Assembly (NCBI RefSeq): GCF_001194135.2
Contig: NC_068983.1
Coordinates: 19,420,419 to 19,468,657 of the forward strand
Source: Octopus bimaculoides
Lineage: Eukaryota
Direction: 5' to 3'
DNA: 48,239 bases
Shown here in pieces: positions 12,618 to 25,566 of this stretch. The notes below the pieces were generated by a model. That model worked only from the letters and a program-made list of their open reading frames with translations, was not told the origin of the DNA and did no database searches. Within the stretch, counting starts at the first letter, position 1. Each line of letters begins with the position of its first letter. Position numbers and translations under genes: made by a program.

Positions 12618-13055
12618 ATTTGATTTTATGATTCAGTGCGACCATGCGATAGGGAATAGGAAACCAGACATAGTCTTAATTGATAAAGAAAACAGACTAT
12701 GCTGGATCCTAGACATAGCATGCCCAGCTGACGACAAGGTATGCGATAAGGAAGAAAGAAAAGTCGATGGATATGATAGGTTAGCTTGGGAAGTTAAGCA
12801 GTTGTGGTCGATGCAAAAGCTAGCAGTAGTACCAATAATTGCTGGAGCCCTAGGAAGAGTGAGCAAAAATATCGAGAAGTACGTGGAACAAATAGGGGCT
12901 GCAATAAGAGTGGAGCACTCGCAGAATACAGCACTGCTTGGAATTGCTCGAATATTCCGGAAGGTGCTCGAAAAATAATGTGTGTTACCTTAATTCACTG
13001 GGAGTGAACAGCTAACACTGTAGTACATCTCCAGCGTTAGAAGCTGTGCAAAGGC
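12618..13055 (+). mobile_element. 5'-truncated R4/Dong-like non-LTR retrotransposon, RLE domain plus 3' UTR (copy C)
   Basis: ORF 12628-12978 reads RKPDIVLIDK..LDIACP..KEERKVDGYDRL..VVPIIAGALG..QNTALLGIARIFRKVL, an open PD-(D/E)xK RLE C-terminus. Preceded by (AAT)n; the 3' UTR ends ctgtgcaaaggc directly into (AAT)n. Confidence 0.92.
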
Positions 13056-13068
13056 AATAATAATAATA

Positions 13069-13106
<38 letters not shown>

Positions 13107-13113
13107 GATGGTG

Positions 13114-13151
<38 letters not shown>

Positions 13152-13745
13152 TAGAAGAAGAAGAGAAGGAGGAAGAGGAAGAAGAAGAGGAAGAAAAAGA
13201 GGAGGAAGAAGAAAAAGAAGACGAAAAAAGAAGACGAAAAAGAAGATGAAAAAGAGGAGGAGGAAGAAAAAGAGGAGGAGGAAGAAGTGGAGGAAGGGGA
13301 AGAAGAAGAAGAAGAAGAAGAAGAAGAAGAAGAAGAAAAAGAAGACGAAGAAGAAGAAGATGAAGATGAAGAAGGAGAACAATAATAATAATAANNNNNN
13401 NNNNNNNNNNNNNNNNNNNNNNNNNNNNNNNNNNNNNNNNNNNNNNNNNNNNNNNNNNNNNNNNNNNNNNNNNNNNNNNNNNNNNNNNNNNNNNNNNNNN
13501 NNNNNNNNNNNNNNNNNGGAAGAAAAAGAGGAGGAGGAAGAAAAAGAGGAGGAGGAAGAAGTGGAGGAAGGGGAAGAAGAAGAAGAAGAAGAAGAAGAAG
13601 AAGAAGAAGAAGAAGAAGAAGAAGAAGAAGAAGAAGAAAAAGAAGACGAAGAAGAAGAAGAAGAAGAAAAAGAAGAAGAAGGAGAAGAAGAAGAGAGAGA
13701 ATAGGAGGAGGAGGAGGAGAAGAAGAAGAAGAAGAAGAAGAAGGA
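13056..13745. repeat. (AAT)n/(GAT)n then long purine-rich (GAA/GAG)n tract, gap inside
   Basis: Direct reading. Confidence 0.95.
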
Positions 13746-15144
13746 GATTTACAAAAATATCACGAAGAAGATCATACATATAGAAGATGATATAAAATAA
13801 CAAGCGCAGATTTATTTTGTATATTATACTGACCGATACTTCAGAAGTGTGTCAGAATTTCTCAGATTGAAAACATGGCAACAGAAACGGAAAAAAGATA
13901 CAACACAGAGAAGCAGGAATTTTCAAAGATACATCTGGACTGTCTACAATTGTTTGATGCTGATTAATGAACCTGGCTTAATTGGCACACATACAAGCTA
14001 AATTGTTACTCTGATGAAGTTCAGATAAACGAACACACGCACTGCTGAAATCTTGTAAGAAGCGTGTTGTAGAAAGTCTTATGAGAAGTTGAAAGAAATC
14101 CTGGATTAACGTCACAAATTCCTTGTACATTAGACTTCATTATCTAGCTAATACTGATTCTATTATTAAATTTACATATTAAGGGTTTGTTATGGAAAAG
14201 ATTGTGAAAAATCGTTAAAATAAAATATCTTCTGAAAAATTACTTGTAAATAAATATATTCACAACGTTAATGTATAATTACAAAAACACTTTAATGAGA
14301 GATGCATTATAAATAATGGAATGTAAGTGCAGTAACTAAAAAACGAAACCATACAAATATAAAACATAAGATTATTTACGATCTCTAATTTCATAAGATA
14401 TCTTTAGTGTAACAAACAGAAAATATTTTTCCAGACATTAAGCATTAAATAAACAAAAGTTTTGAATAACGCAGAAAGTAAATAAATGAAATACTTTTTG
14501 GCGAACATATTGAAACTAATGTACTTCATACATTGAAAATACTGTGTATGCAAAAAGGATACATACAAGCATGAGTGCGGGCGGTAGATGTTCGTTTCTT
14601 AGTTATGGATCATATGGAGATACACTTGGGTCGAACTAAATAACTTGCAGCCAACAATCTTTTCAGTTAAACTATAATACAACTTCTGTTCTGTACAAAC
14701 GTATCTTCATGTATTATTAAGTAAGAAAACGGAGAGTTCAAATTGATAAAAATTGGTTTATTAACATATTGTTAATTAAGCCTACAATTGTTTAAATTAA
14801 CACTCAATATAAATTACAAACCACTTTGAAGATTTTGAGTAAGGTATCATCAGGGACACCGGACATTAAAGAAACTATGTGATAATTTAATTTTTCCAAC
14901 AGACAATCAAAAGAGTTGTAGGCTTATATTAACAATATCTTGATAAGTTAATTTATATCCATATAAAGTATTTTATAACCCATTTAACTCAACGCATAAA
15001 TATCATTTTCTTACTTAATAATAATTGATATTCATAATATCCATATTTATACTAAAGAGATATTTTTCCAAAATATGAGATATTAGACCAGAGTAACTTA
15101 CATGAAATCATCCCATTAAGAGGTTAATATATCCTCGCAGTGAT

Positions 15145-15175
<31 letters not shown>

Positions 15176-15736
15176 CTGTGTGTGTGTGCATGTATATGCA
15201 TATATCTACATATATGTATGTCATATATATAAGTATAAATATATATGTATATACATACACATAGACACACACACACACACACACATACATATGTATAATT
15301 TAAAAATAGTTTGATGAGGGTTCTTTGCTACCTCATGTTTCGCAGGTCTCATTTTCTTTACCTCCATCCCCAAGACAGTTAGCAGTGCAGGAGGTGACTC
15401 CTGAAGTGCATTAAAATGTGTTTCACAACGCTAAGGAGAGATTTGAAGTATGAAGAGATACTGACATGTTGAAACCCTTCAACAAATGTTTGACGTAAGA
15501 TTTATAAATTTATTTGTTTTGGTAATAAGCATAAAATCCTGTCAGTTTTTCTTTTTTATTTGCTCGATTTCATGGTATCACTTTCATCGAACATCCTATG
15601 TGGTGTAACGTTGATAGCTGTTGCGTTGCTCGGGTAAATATTAAAATCAAAGGTCTTCTTGCCGTATTTATCCCATCACTTTGTGAAGCAAATTGTATCA
15701 AGGAGTACATTATCAAAAATGTATCTTTCCTTTATA

Positions 15737-15858
15737 GGCGTGGCTGTGTGATTGGGAAGCTTGTTTTCTAACCATGTCACCTTGGTTTCAGTCCCATTGT
15801 GCGTCACGCTGGGCATATCTCATGCATTACACATTCGGGCTGACCAAATCCTTGTGTA
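15737..15858 (+). mobile_element. SINE family A, degenerate 5' head
   Basis: ggcgtggctgtgtg...cagtcccattg...cgggctgaccaaatccttgtg matches the reverse complement of 24650-24757. Confidence 0.7.
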
Positions 15859-15974
15859 TTATATAATTTCCATTATGGATTGCTATATAAAAAAGACACA
15901 TACTGGAGAAGTAAATGTCTCTATATAATAACGCTTTGAATGTAGCTCCCGAGAAACAGTAAGAATAATTACCC

Positions 15975-15997
15975 CATCAACGACAGGTATTACTGCT

Positions 15998-16028
<31 letters not shown>

Positions 16029-16103
16029 CCACACCCACACACACACACATGTATATATATATATATGTGTGTGTGTGTGTACTAGCACTAATATATATGA
16101 GCA

Positions 16104-16143
<40 letters not shown>

Positions 16144-16174
16144 GAGCACTCATTTCCATTGTTCGACATTTATG

Positions 16175-16218
<44 letters not shown>

Positions 16219-16249
16219 GAGCACTCATTTCCATTGTTCGACATTTATG

Positions 16250-16323
<74 letters not shown>

Positions 16324-16380
16324 TGCGTTGTGTGTGTGTGTGTGTGTGTGTGTACGTGTGTGTGTGCATGTGTGTGTGAG
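15975..16380. repeat. dinucleotide microsatellite field with a tandemly duplicated unique island
   Basis: aatgagcactcatttccattgttcgacatttatgtatg occurs near 16141 and again near 16217, separated by (TA)n. Confidence 0.9.
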
Positions 16381-16398
16381 TTTGCGTGATATACTCAC

Positions 16399-16485
16399 TT
16401 ATGCCAATACACGCACAAAAGCACCTACAAGGATGTACAGAACGATATCTATGTCTGTGTTTGCAAGTTTGCTGACGAAAATCTG
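16399..16485 (-). CDS. candidate exon
   Basis: Acceptor tttacttcag| and donor |gtgagtat; 87 nt. Phase 0 reads [28 protein letters not shown]; a phase-1 frame is also open. Confidence 0.25.
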   Translation of the reverse strand, partial: QIFVSKLANTDIDIVLYILVGAFVRVLA

Positions 16486-16931
16486 CTGAAGTAAATTATA
16501 TAATCATTGTTTTTGTTTGTAGTTATATATAAATTTTACGTATTGGTTTTATGCGTAAATATAAGTTTATGTAGTAGCGAACGTGCGCGTGTGTTTAAAT
16601 GTCTATATGTGCATATGACGTTTTTGTATGACAGTAATAATGAAGTGCATTGCAGTTACATCGAAGATGTGAAACTGTGTGGCATGTTGTAACAAACTAG
16701 ATAACGGCAAATATGTAATTTTCTCAACTTCGTTAAGAAGCGAGTACTTCGTTTATTTTTCACAAACAGTGTGTTTACTAATCAGACTTTCATATTCATT
16801 ACGGTGTCGTATTTATATTCCCTCTTTCGCTATAACTATCAACTCCCCACTCTTTCTCTCTCTCTCTACTCACACATACAAATATTTATGTATATATATA
16901 TACACGTACATATACGTATATATATACATAT

Positions 16932-16991
<60 letters not shown>

Positions 16992-17104
16992 ATGTGTGNN
17001 NNNNNNNNGTGTGTGTGTGCATGTGTGTATATATATGTATATATATATATATATATATGCATACACACTGTTGCATAGACACACACAAACACACACATAT
17101 ATGT

Positions 17105-17136
<32 letters not shown>

Positions 17137-18587
17137 TTATTTGTATTTGTTGCTTAAAATCTGCAACATTTTGAAATCAACGTTTCTTATTTTTCACAAT
17201 TTCTTTGTGCATAATTTTGCTAATTAACAAAGATGTTGAAGAAAAAGAAGAAAATGGAAAATTAACAAAGTGGCGTTTTAAAATTTTATTTTAGGCTTAT
17301 GCATGGAAATAAATCAACCACTGAAATTTTAAAATAAAAAAACAATATATATATATTGCGTTGTATTTTCTGTTATACTAGAATATATTTAGCTTTGTTT
17401 GTTTTCATATTTAATTCTATATATTTTTGTTTTATTATTGAGTCAGAGAGAAAGGGCGTTCTTGTATTTTACTTGCAATATTTCGTTTTTGAATATTTTT
17501 TGTGAAAACGTTTTAGTCATGAATTTTTCAAAAGCTTATCATTATCTTCGCAACATAATCAAATTTTCATGTAAGATGTGTATATGAATATGCGAATGGC
17601 TTATAAATATAATACAAAGAGTAACAGTTATCATAGTGCTTTAACAATTTCGATAAATATCTGTGCCCCTCTTTCTGTGTTCTATATCGTTCTGAAATTC
17701 ACCCTGTTGGTCATACGGCATTTTAGAAAATAACCGTCATAATTTGAAGAGGTTAGTTGTGCGACAGTAATACCGGCACCCAGATGTTATGAGTGACCAA
17801 TATTTGGATTTCTTACAAAGGTAATATCGCATTTGAAAAGAATACGTAAATTTTCTAATATTTGTTCTTAATCAAATCATTATCATAGAATATTTATTTT
17901 GTTTGAATACCACATATATATAGATATATAATAAATGCATTTTTAAATATTAATTTATGTTAAAAGACCATTCTGATAACGGATATAAAAACACGCTTTC
18001 CCAATCTTCTTGAAATACCATATCTCACCTCAAGAAAAGAGAACTCAACGGTTCGTTAAACATTGGAATATGGTATTGTTGGCTTAAAAGGAAAACATCT
18101 TGGTTCAGTAAGGGTACCACTAATGGCGTCATAAAATGGAATGTAATCATATTGAAGTTATGAGTAATTTTTTTTTTGTTTACTCTTAACGATATTGCAC
18201 ATGCTCTCAAGAAATGTTTGCGTTAGTGTTGTTCCCGACATTCTTTTACGATTTCATTTTACTAATTTCAAAACGTAGAATGTTAAGGTAGCTACACATA
18301 CGTAAGACACAGAAATACTAATAGGAAAGCAGCAGCCTACTAATTAGGCAGTTGCTCGTTACTATATTATTTCTATTTAATGCTCCTATTTACACCTAGT
18401 GCATATTTATTGGATATACGTAATAAACAATTTACTTCCCTTTTAAGTACATGCAGGACATGCAGATTCTATGTGTTCGTATGTCCTCAACTAAGTTTTA
18501 CGATACCAAAAAAAAACAAAAAAATACTTTGTATCTCACATAAGTTAGAGATTTACTGGTCAAGTGAAAGATAGAATATTTGCTTAC

Positions 18588-18622
18588 TCCCTGCAGCAGC
18601 AAAGAAAAAACTCCAGCTGGGC
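18588..18622 (-). CDS. candidate 35-nt exon
   Basis: Acceptor gtatgtaatttcag| and donor GGA|gtaagc; all three frames open (for example PAGVFSLLLQG). Confidence 0.3.
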
Positions 18623-19249
18623 CTGAAATTACATACAGACATACTGAAGAAAGATATACCAATGTTTAATAAAACGGGACATTGTGATAACATTTTGTTT
18701 TTATTCTAGGAGCGATTAATAAATGCTGACCAGCGGTAAACCATAACAAGAAGGACAGGGAAGAATGAATACAATAACATGATCAGCTGCAACAACAACA
18801 ACACTAGCAATAGCAGTAACGATAAAAGTGTCAACTTCAAGAATAACAAATGCATTTAAGCACTTTGGCATAAAAAGATTCTTTTTTTCTGCTATCGCTG
18901 CAAGTTGAAATGCGCTAAAGTCTAAACTAAATGTAACGCAATGTCAAAAGCTATGAAATAAAGCGTACGGACTAAAACGCTCCCTTGGAACAAATTCAAA
19001 ATAGAACCGGAGTTAATTTGTTATATTAGAAATTAGTTCACCTAGAATGGAAAATATTTGTAAGAATGAATATAAGAAGGAATATGTAACAGTCAATTCA
19101 ATATAAATCAACTATATTAGTGGAATTTGTTCTAACTACTGTACTTCACTGAATGATAAAGTAATACAGGCAGACTAGTAATTATAGACATATAGAGATT
19201 TAATAAATTGCGCATGGTAGGTTTATTATGAAAGTAATCATTTTTTGAT

Positions 19250-20580
19250 ATATATGTACTTGTACTGATCTGACTACGATATTCTGCATTTTCCATATTG
19301 TCCAACGGAGATCAGGGATTGCAGGCGCTTGATGCATATATATTTGCAAACATTGCCACCAGAAATCCATGCACGAAAACAAGTACAGACCACAAAGTAT
19401 CTCCTTTGGCACCTTATCAACGTTGCTAATCAAAAACTGTTAATGCTAATTTATTCATTTAACCCGAAATGATGGAAGATTGTGCTGGCCTTGAACAATT
19501 TAAACATTTTTAGCAATGACTTGGAACAATCCTCAAAAGATATCGTTTGGCACGCTCTAATCACCGTTGTGTACAATTAAAAAATCCTGCAGCTTAATCA
19601 AAGAACAGGAGGAATTACTTTCCTTATAAAGTTTTGAGACCAGCCTGAATATTTGTTTAATACAATTGGCAATCAGTTTGGACCAAATCACACTTATAGA
19701 TACATGCAGACATTTTCTCTCACATGAAAACAGGTGTCACGGAGCCGTTTATATATTTGTCACGCAAGCAAAAATATACACATATATGTATGTATATAGT
19801 TCATGGAGTGCCTATTGGTTGCTACATGTGACAGAAGGCTTAGACAAAATACAAGAGTAAGTCACTTTTGTCTTAAGGGATGCTGGATAGAACAGATATT
19901 TCTTAAAGTAGAAATTTCAGATAGTGAAGATACCACGTCTATAAGACAGAGCTGACAACTTGTTGGTGATATGAAATAGGTAAAGAAATTTGTTTTCCTG
20001 AGTAGAAAATAACTGAAATTCCAGCTGCAATATCATTACTTCTGGAGAGCGGTAGTTAAATGTTTGTAGTATCTAAACTGTGTAGTATGTTAATATTTTT
20101 CATGGCATGAAGTGTTTTCTTGTTCTGAAGAAGGAGTTTCGATGATGAAGTCATTGTTATGCTGAAAATGTACACTCGTTATGAGAGATCGTCACTGATA
20201 GTCTATCCAATGTATTCTTTAACGATGCTCACATCCGATATATATGAGGTGCGGTAGAATTACTGAAGTAAGATTTTGTCGAAAATCTGATAATTGTTGG
20301 ATTAGTTCGCAAAACCTAAGAACGAATGTAGAAGAATTTAAAAAAAGAACATTATCATGTCTTAGAGTAACTGAGAATAGAGTAGATAATGGATTCTATG
20401 TGTTTGCAGACATCGGTAATTTCAGGGACGTTTGAAGACAATGTGAGGATTAGCAAATATTTTTGTGTAGAGCAGTCATTGGACTGTAACTAGACAAGGA
20501 GCAATAGTGTATTTCCTTCACGTTGCAAAAGTATTGGTGAGTGGAGTTCATTTTGAGCTAAATCATGATTGGTTGGGGTA
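19250..20580 (-). mobile_element. highly degenerate CR1/L2/Jockey-like LINE ORF2 N-terminal remnant
   Basis: Broken minus-strand translation LQSNDCSTQKYLLILTLSSN..HIESIIYSILS..PHIYR..KNTLD resembles an APE endonuclease; further downstream DIF*GLFQVIAKNV resembles the FW.L.K linker motif. Many stops. Confidence 0.35.
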
Positions 20581-22450
20581 GAAAAGGTGTAGCAGATTGC
20601 TTCTAGTGTGATATACTTTATATATGTGGACTAATGAGGTGCTTCAAAGCTTTAGAAATGATTTTCATGCAAGTCTACTGAAGATCAATGATCTCCGAAC
20701 TGTTTATCACTTTCGTATTGCTACAGCAGGAATATTGCATACTGACACATGTATCTATAGTTGAATAAGTATTATAAATGCAAGCCTGTTATATAGTTTT
20801 TACATCTAATCCGTTTATACCATAACTTTGTGTTCTAGAATATTTATTCTGTTTTGTTATACTTTATGTTATGAATTGTGCTTGATATTGAAGATGTATT
20901 AAACGTTTCAGTGTATATATGTGACGTGTAAACATATTCGTAACTTCTATGTCACAAATTTGTAGATTTCGCCTACATCATAATTATCGCTGCTGACAAG
21001 AACAAAGGCTGATGAAATATTCTTCTTTATAGTAAGAGAACATCTGCTACGTAGAAACCAACGCAGACAGTGTGAAACATTGTATAGTAATAATATTATG
21101 CATTACAACGTAACAATAAGAAGCAACTAGCTTGGCATCGATTCGATTATTCCAAAGCATAAACCACATTCTCTTATTCCTGCATAATATATTTCGTCTC
21201 AAAATATATTTGTAATCCTTGAGATCAGTTTGAGGTCACGATAGGTCGGGCTGACATCTACTTAAATGTTGTTCAATGAAACTAGGATTAAAAAGTATAT
21301 TTTACGAGAAGAGATATGACCGTTATTGCTTTAGGTTTCCGATGGCTGCATATTACGAAATAGCAAACGACGGAACATTGCAGACAAATGTAATTAAGTA
21401 TTCAACAAGTTGCTTTTCACAGAGGCCTTTCAGAACTATTCCAAAAACGAAAAGGAGTTGGAAATTTGATAGAGACATTTATGATTTCCAGTGGGTATTC
21501 AGAAGTTGCGAAACCTGCAATAAAGATAGGAAAAGAGTAAAGTCCATGAAAAGAACTCTTCTACAATCAGATACAATTCCAGTAAAGACGGTAATATATA
21601 CACGTAATTTGTTGTATAAGTAGAAGACGTGAAACAGAAGGAAATAAAAGGTTCGAGAAAAAATATTCAAGATTCTAGAACTAAAAGAAACAAACATTAA
21701 TTAATGGGACAGGCACACGAGCAATAAAGAGGTTAGTATATCCTAATCTTTTCCTTAATGGATAGGCACATCATAATACAGTTAATATTATCGCATAGGC
21801 TACATCGAAGAAGTCATTTAAGTAGACTGTATTTTAGGTCAAGAGAATATATGTTACTCAATGAAACGTAGATAATGCACCTTTCTATTGGCGGCTTAGG
21901 AAAAAAAAATGTTTGGATAATGTATAGCTATGATGTTATTTTGTGAATATGTACAAACAGAACAGAATAAGAAAGCAAAGGAAAACAGAGTAAGACTCTT
22001 TTGTAAAAAGCAATTATGAAATTTCCGGATATTCTAGCAAATGAAGCTTCGCAGAAAAGGATTCAGAGTCCGGCTAATATAGAGGTTTGTAGATTGAAAG
22101 CAGGCCAGACATTTCGGGGTAGGAGAAAATCTCTTACATCGACTCCAGTACTAGGTTGGTACTTACTTTATCGACTTGGATGATGAAAGGCAAAGTGGAC
22201 CTCGGTGGAATAAGTCCGACTGATATAGCAATTTCAAATATACAACTTAGTTGTTACAAGCTAAAGAAAGAAAACGAAAAGACAATCAGAAAATCATAAG
22301 TGGTAGCAGAAAGAAAAAGAGGAAAAGAAACAAGATGCGGTGAAAGAAATAAAAAAGAAACAGAAAAATAGAAAGACAAAAATAGTAAGAGAAAGAGTAA
22401 AATAGAGAGAGGAAGATGATTTGGAAGTTGGCGTTCCTGAAAAGTATGTA

Positions 22451-22590
22451 GTAACTGAGTGGTTCGGCAAAAGGGACGATACAATAAGTACTAGCCTTAC
22501 AAAGAATAAGCCTGGGGTCGATTCGCTCGACTAAAGGCGGTGCTCCAGCATGGCCGCAGTCAAGTAGCTGAAACAAGTTAAAGAGTAAGA
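22451..22590 (+). mobile_element. SINE family A, 3' portion
   Basis: ataagtactagccttacaaagaataagcctggggtcgattcgctcgactaaaggcggtgctccagcatggccgcagtcaa is near-identical to 26985-27070. Confidence 0.9.
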
Positions 22591-22591
22591 C

Positions 22592-22622
<31 letters not shown>

Positions 22623-22714
22623 GCAATAAGAAAATGGAGCGGAATATGTGGTTCTCGTCAACTTGCAGACATTGTATTATGTCAATTTACCTGTATATTT
22701 TTCAACTAAGAGGG

Positions 22715-22897
22715 CAATATACAAACACATGACATTTTGTGTCAAATCAGTAATTAAAAATTAAAAAGGACATCTACTGACCGAAGAAGGGACAATGTTT
22801 TACAGCTAAGACATTGTCCCTTCTTCGGTCAGTAGATGTCTTTTTTTAATCTTTAATCACTGATATGACACAATATGTCATATGTGGTTGTATATTG
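22715..22897. mobile_element. long palindrome (fold-back / MITE-like)
   Basis: Perfect 30-bp arms at 22769-22798 and 22811-22840 with a 12-nt loop; imperfect arms extend to about 22715 and 22897. Confidence 0.75.
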
Positions 22898-22921
22898 TTT
22901 TCTGTGCCAGTGATCGTGCGA

Positions 22922-23040
22922 TCATCTCGAAGTTTTATGCAAATATGTTGGTACATAACGTAATTCACCAGTGCTGATAGGTACAAATTTGAATTCATAT
23001 TCACGGTACAAGAGCTCTAAGTTCTGCATTATTTCGGGTA
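22922..23040 (-). mobile_element. RLE-type non-LTR retrotransposon C-terminal remnant (copy D, different lineage)
   Basis: IPEIMQNLELLYREYEFKFVPISTGELRYVPTYL resembles the RLE C-terminal NL..LY..Y.F.F.PI..GALG.VP..L pattern. Confidence 0.6.
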
Positions 23041-23248
23041 TGTATGTATTTATGCATGCGTGTATTCTTGTATATATGAATGTATGCATGTGTGTATATA
23101 TAATTGTGTGTATGCATGTATTTATATAGGCATACTTGTATGTATGCATGTATATGTAATATGCGCCTGTATGTTTACAAAACGTCTACACACATCATCT
23201 ACCTCTAACATGAATTTGTTGACATCTTGCACGTACAGGATCCTGTAG

Positions 23249-23420
23249 GCACTTTTGCCGGAGGACAAGAGCCGAACGGACAAAATGCCGAACGGACAAA
23301 AAGGCGAACGGAAAAAATAATGATAAAAATAAAACCTTTCCAACCTACACATTTTAATGACAATTTTAGTCTGTCAAATGTTCGTGTTGGCTTCGGCATC
23401 TTGTCCTTCGGCAAAATTGC
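23249..23420. mobile_element. MITE-like remnant with subterminal repeats
   Basis: gcacttttgccggaggacaagagccgaa (23249-23276) versus the reverse complement of 23392-23420, gcaattttgccgaaggacaagatgccgaa; ggacaa..gccgaac repeated three times on the left. Confidence 0.65.
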
Positions 23421-24388
23421 ATTCGGACTCCCTGTCCATATTCCGATCACATGCATGTGTGTGAGTTAGAGAATATCAGAAATGCATTTTTGATAAATAA
23501 TTTCTAATAACTTTATAAGTGTTAAATGCTCTTTTTATTTTATTTTTCATATTGTCAATACTTCAGCTGCAAATGTATGTCAATCGCTGTTCTAGTGTAA
23601 TTTGACGTCACGTTTATTTTGAACATTTTATACTGTATATTATACATGAGATTGCTATCATTCTAAAGCCATAGCAGTTGTATTTTGCCTTTTGTCCGTC
23701 TGTTAAAATCAATATTTAGTGTTTTCAACAGAATGGCTTCTAATTTTGGTCTACGTCGATTAACTTTTGTTCAATTTAAGCAGTGAATTAATAATACCAT
23801 TCTCAAGTGTGAAACACCTGAGGATAAATTATTTAAAATACTGTAAACTTTATATAAATTGCGTAAAATAAACTTAATGTCGATAAATACGTATATCCAC
23901 ACATGCACAACAACGTTATAAGTATGTATAATCACTCTGCAGAAATAACCAAGAAATATTTTTCAAATAATTATTATATGGACACTTCTCATATTAAATC
24001 TTAAATTTGCTCGCGAATATATGTTGTAAAGTGGTCTTTTGCCACTGTTCCGTCTCTCTTTTGAGACACAGAACTCTGTTATCGCTCTGACAGATATTGT
24101 TATGTTCCGAAATCGTCGATGGAATGTTTCAATCTGGCACTGTACCACCGCCAGTCGTAGTGTTAGTATCCTCCAAAGGTTGGATCGTTATAACGTTCAC
24201 TCAGTATCACGGTATAATTACTGTATCAGCACAAACACGACTGCCAACACAGTCTACACGTATTCTCCACCTTCTGACCTCGATCTTCTGTCGACCGACT
24301 ACCGGTCTATTTATAGTGGCTGGCTATTACCACTTTGAACGGGAATACAGTTTCACTATATCTCCATTTTTAATTTCTTTTATACCCT

Positions 24389-24757
24389 TTTACTCTTTTA
24401 TTTGTTTCAGTCATTCGGCTGTGGCCATGCTGGAGTACCGCCTTTAGTCGAGTAAATGGACCCCGGGACTTATTCTTTGTAAGCCTAGTACTTATTCTAT
24501 CAGTCTTTTTTGCCGAACCGATAAGTTACGGGGACATAAACACACCAGCATCTGTTGTTAAGCTATGTTGGGGGACGAAACACAGACACACACACATATA
24601 TATATATACATATATACGACGGGCTTCTTTCAGCTTCCGTCTACCGAATCCACTTAAAAGGCTTTGGGCGGCCCGAGGCTATAGTAGAAGACACTTGCCC
24701 AAGTAGACACGCAGTGGGACTGAACCCGGTACCATGTGGTTAGTAAGCAAGCTACTT
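24389..24757 (-). mobile_element. SINE family A, near full length
   Basis: tRNA-like head (gggttcagtcccactgcg), internal (TA/TG)n, 3' body with (GAGTAAAA)-type tail. Confidence 0.9.
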
Positions 24758-25089
24758 TATTTAATTTTATTTGCCATAAAGGCAGTATACAGAGTAGCTG
24801 CGGGCTGGACAAACACATTAATGAATGAAAATGTAATAAAATGAATAGATGAGAGACGAAACCCATCACCCGCTGATTGGATTTTTCTCGAAAGCATATT
24901 TTCTTTATTCAAAAAGCAATATTAGGTTTCAAACTCTTACAAAAAGGAGGCACTAAAACCTCTTACTTAACATATTTAAAAAAAGAACACAATCGTGGTT
25001 TTAAACCACTATAAATAATGCATTTAAATTAAAAAGAATGAGGTTTAAAACCCTCTGACTATCTAATACTAACGAGGCTTTATCGCCTA

Positions 25090-25526
25090 CTACTCATCAA
25101 TGTATCCATCCATGTATCCATCATTATTTTCACTATCACGTATGGTCCCGTACCATGCCTCATTCATGTACAAAGCATATGTCATATTAGGTCCAGCCGG
25201 CGCTATGCGACATTCCTCTTTCAGTTTTTCAGCTTTTCCCACATGAAAAACATTATGACCTCCACAGCTATCTGCGGAGGCCATGCGGGATCCCGTGTGT
25301 AGGCCATATCTACTGTCTCTTTCTGTTCCTCCACTATTTATTCCACCTCCCCGCCCTTGTAGATGAAGATAATTAATTCTTCATCTTTGAGGTTGGGAAT
25401 CGTTTCTTCTACAGTTACTGGGAGAATTCTCACCGACGACGGCTCTTCCTACGTCAGTGGCACAGCTCCCACTGAGGGAACTTCGGGACATGCAGACGGC
25501 ACATCATCGTCCACCTGCAATGACCC

Positions 25527-25566
<40 letters not shown>

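Noticed and set aside
13200-13660. Same GAA/GAG-rich string on both sides of gap 13395-13517
   Set aside because: Most simply an unmerged contig overlap in low-complexity DNA.
14805-14866. MSGVPDDTLLKIFK on the minus strand, F-box-like
   Set aside because: Only 20 codons, no convincing donor site and no further F-box residues.
18710-18738. Strong plus-strand acceptor followed by ERLINADQR*
   Set aside because: Too short, weak donor, and no partner exons identified.
21276-21623. 115-aa plus ORF with CETC (integrase zinc-finger-like) overlapping a minus-strand acceptor exon 21417-21514 (FATSEYPLEIINVSIKFPTPFRFWNSSERPL*)
   Set aside because: Readings are mutually exclusive; the His ligands for an HHCC finger are absent and the minus frame has no good donor. 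Left unresolved.
24094-24180. FRNRRWN, a Wnt-like heptapeptide
   Set aside because: The flanking Wnt cysteines (ECQ.QF before, WNC after) are missing; chance match.
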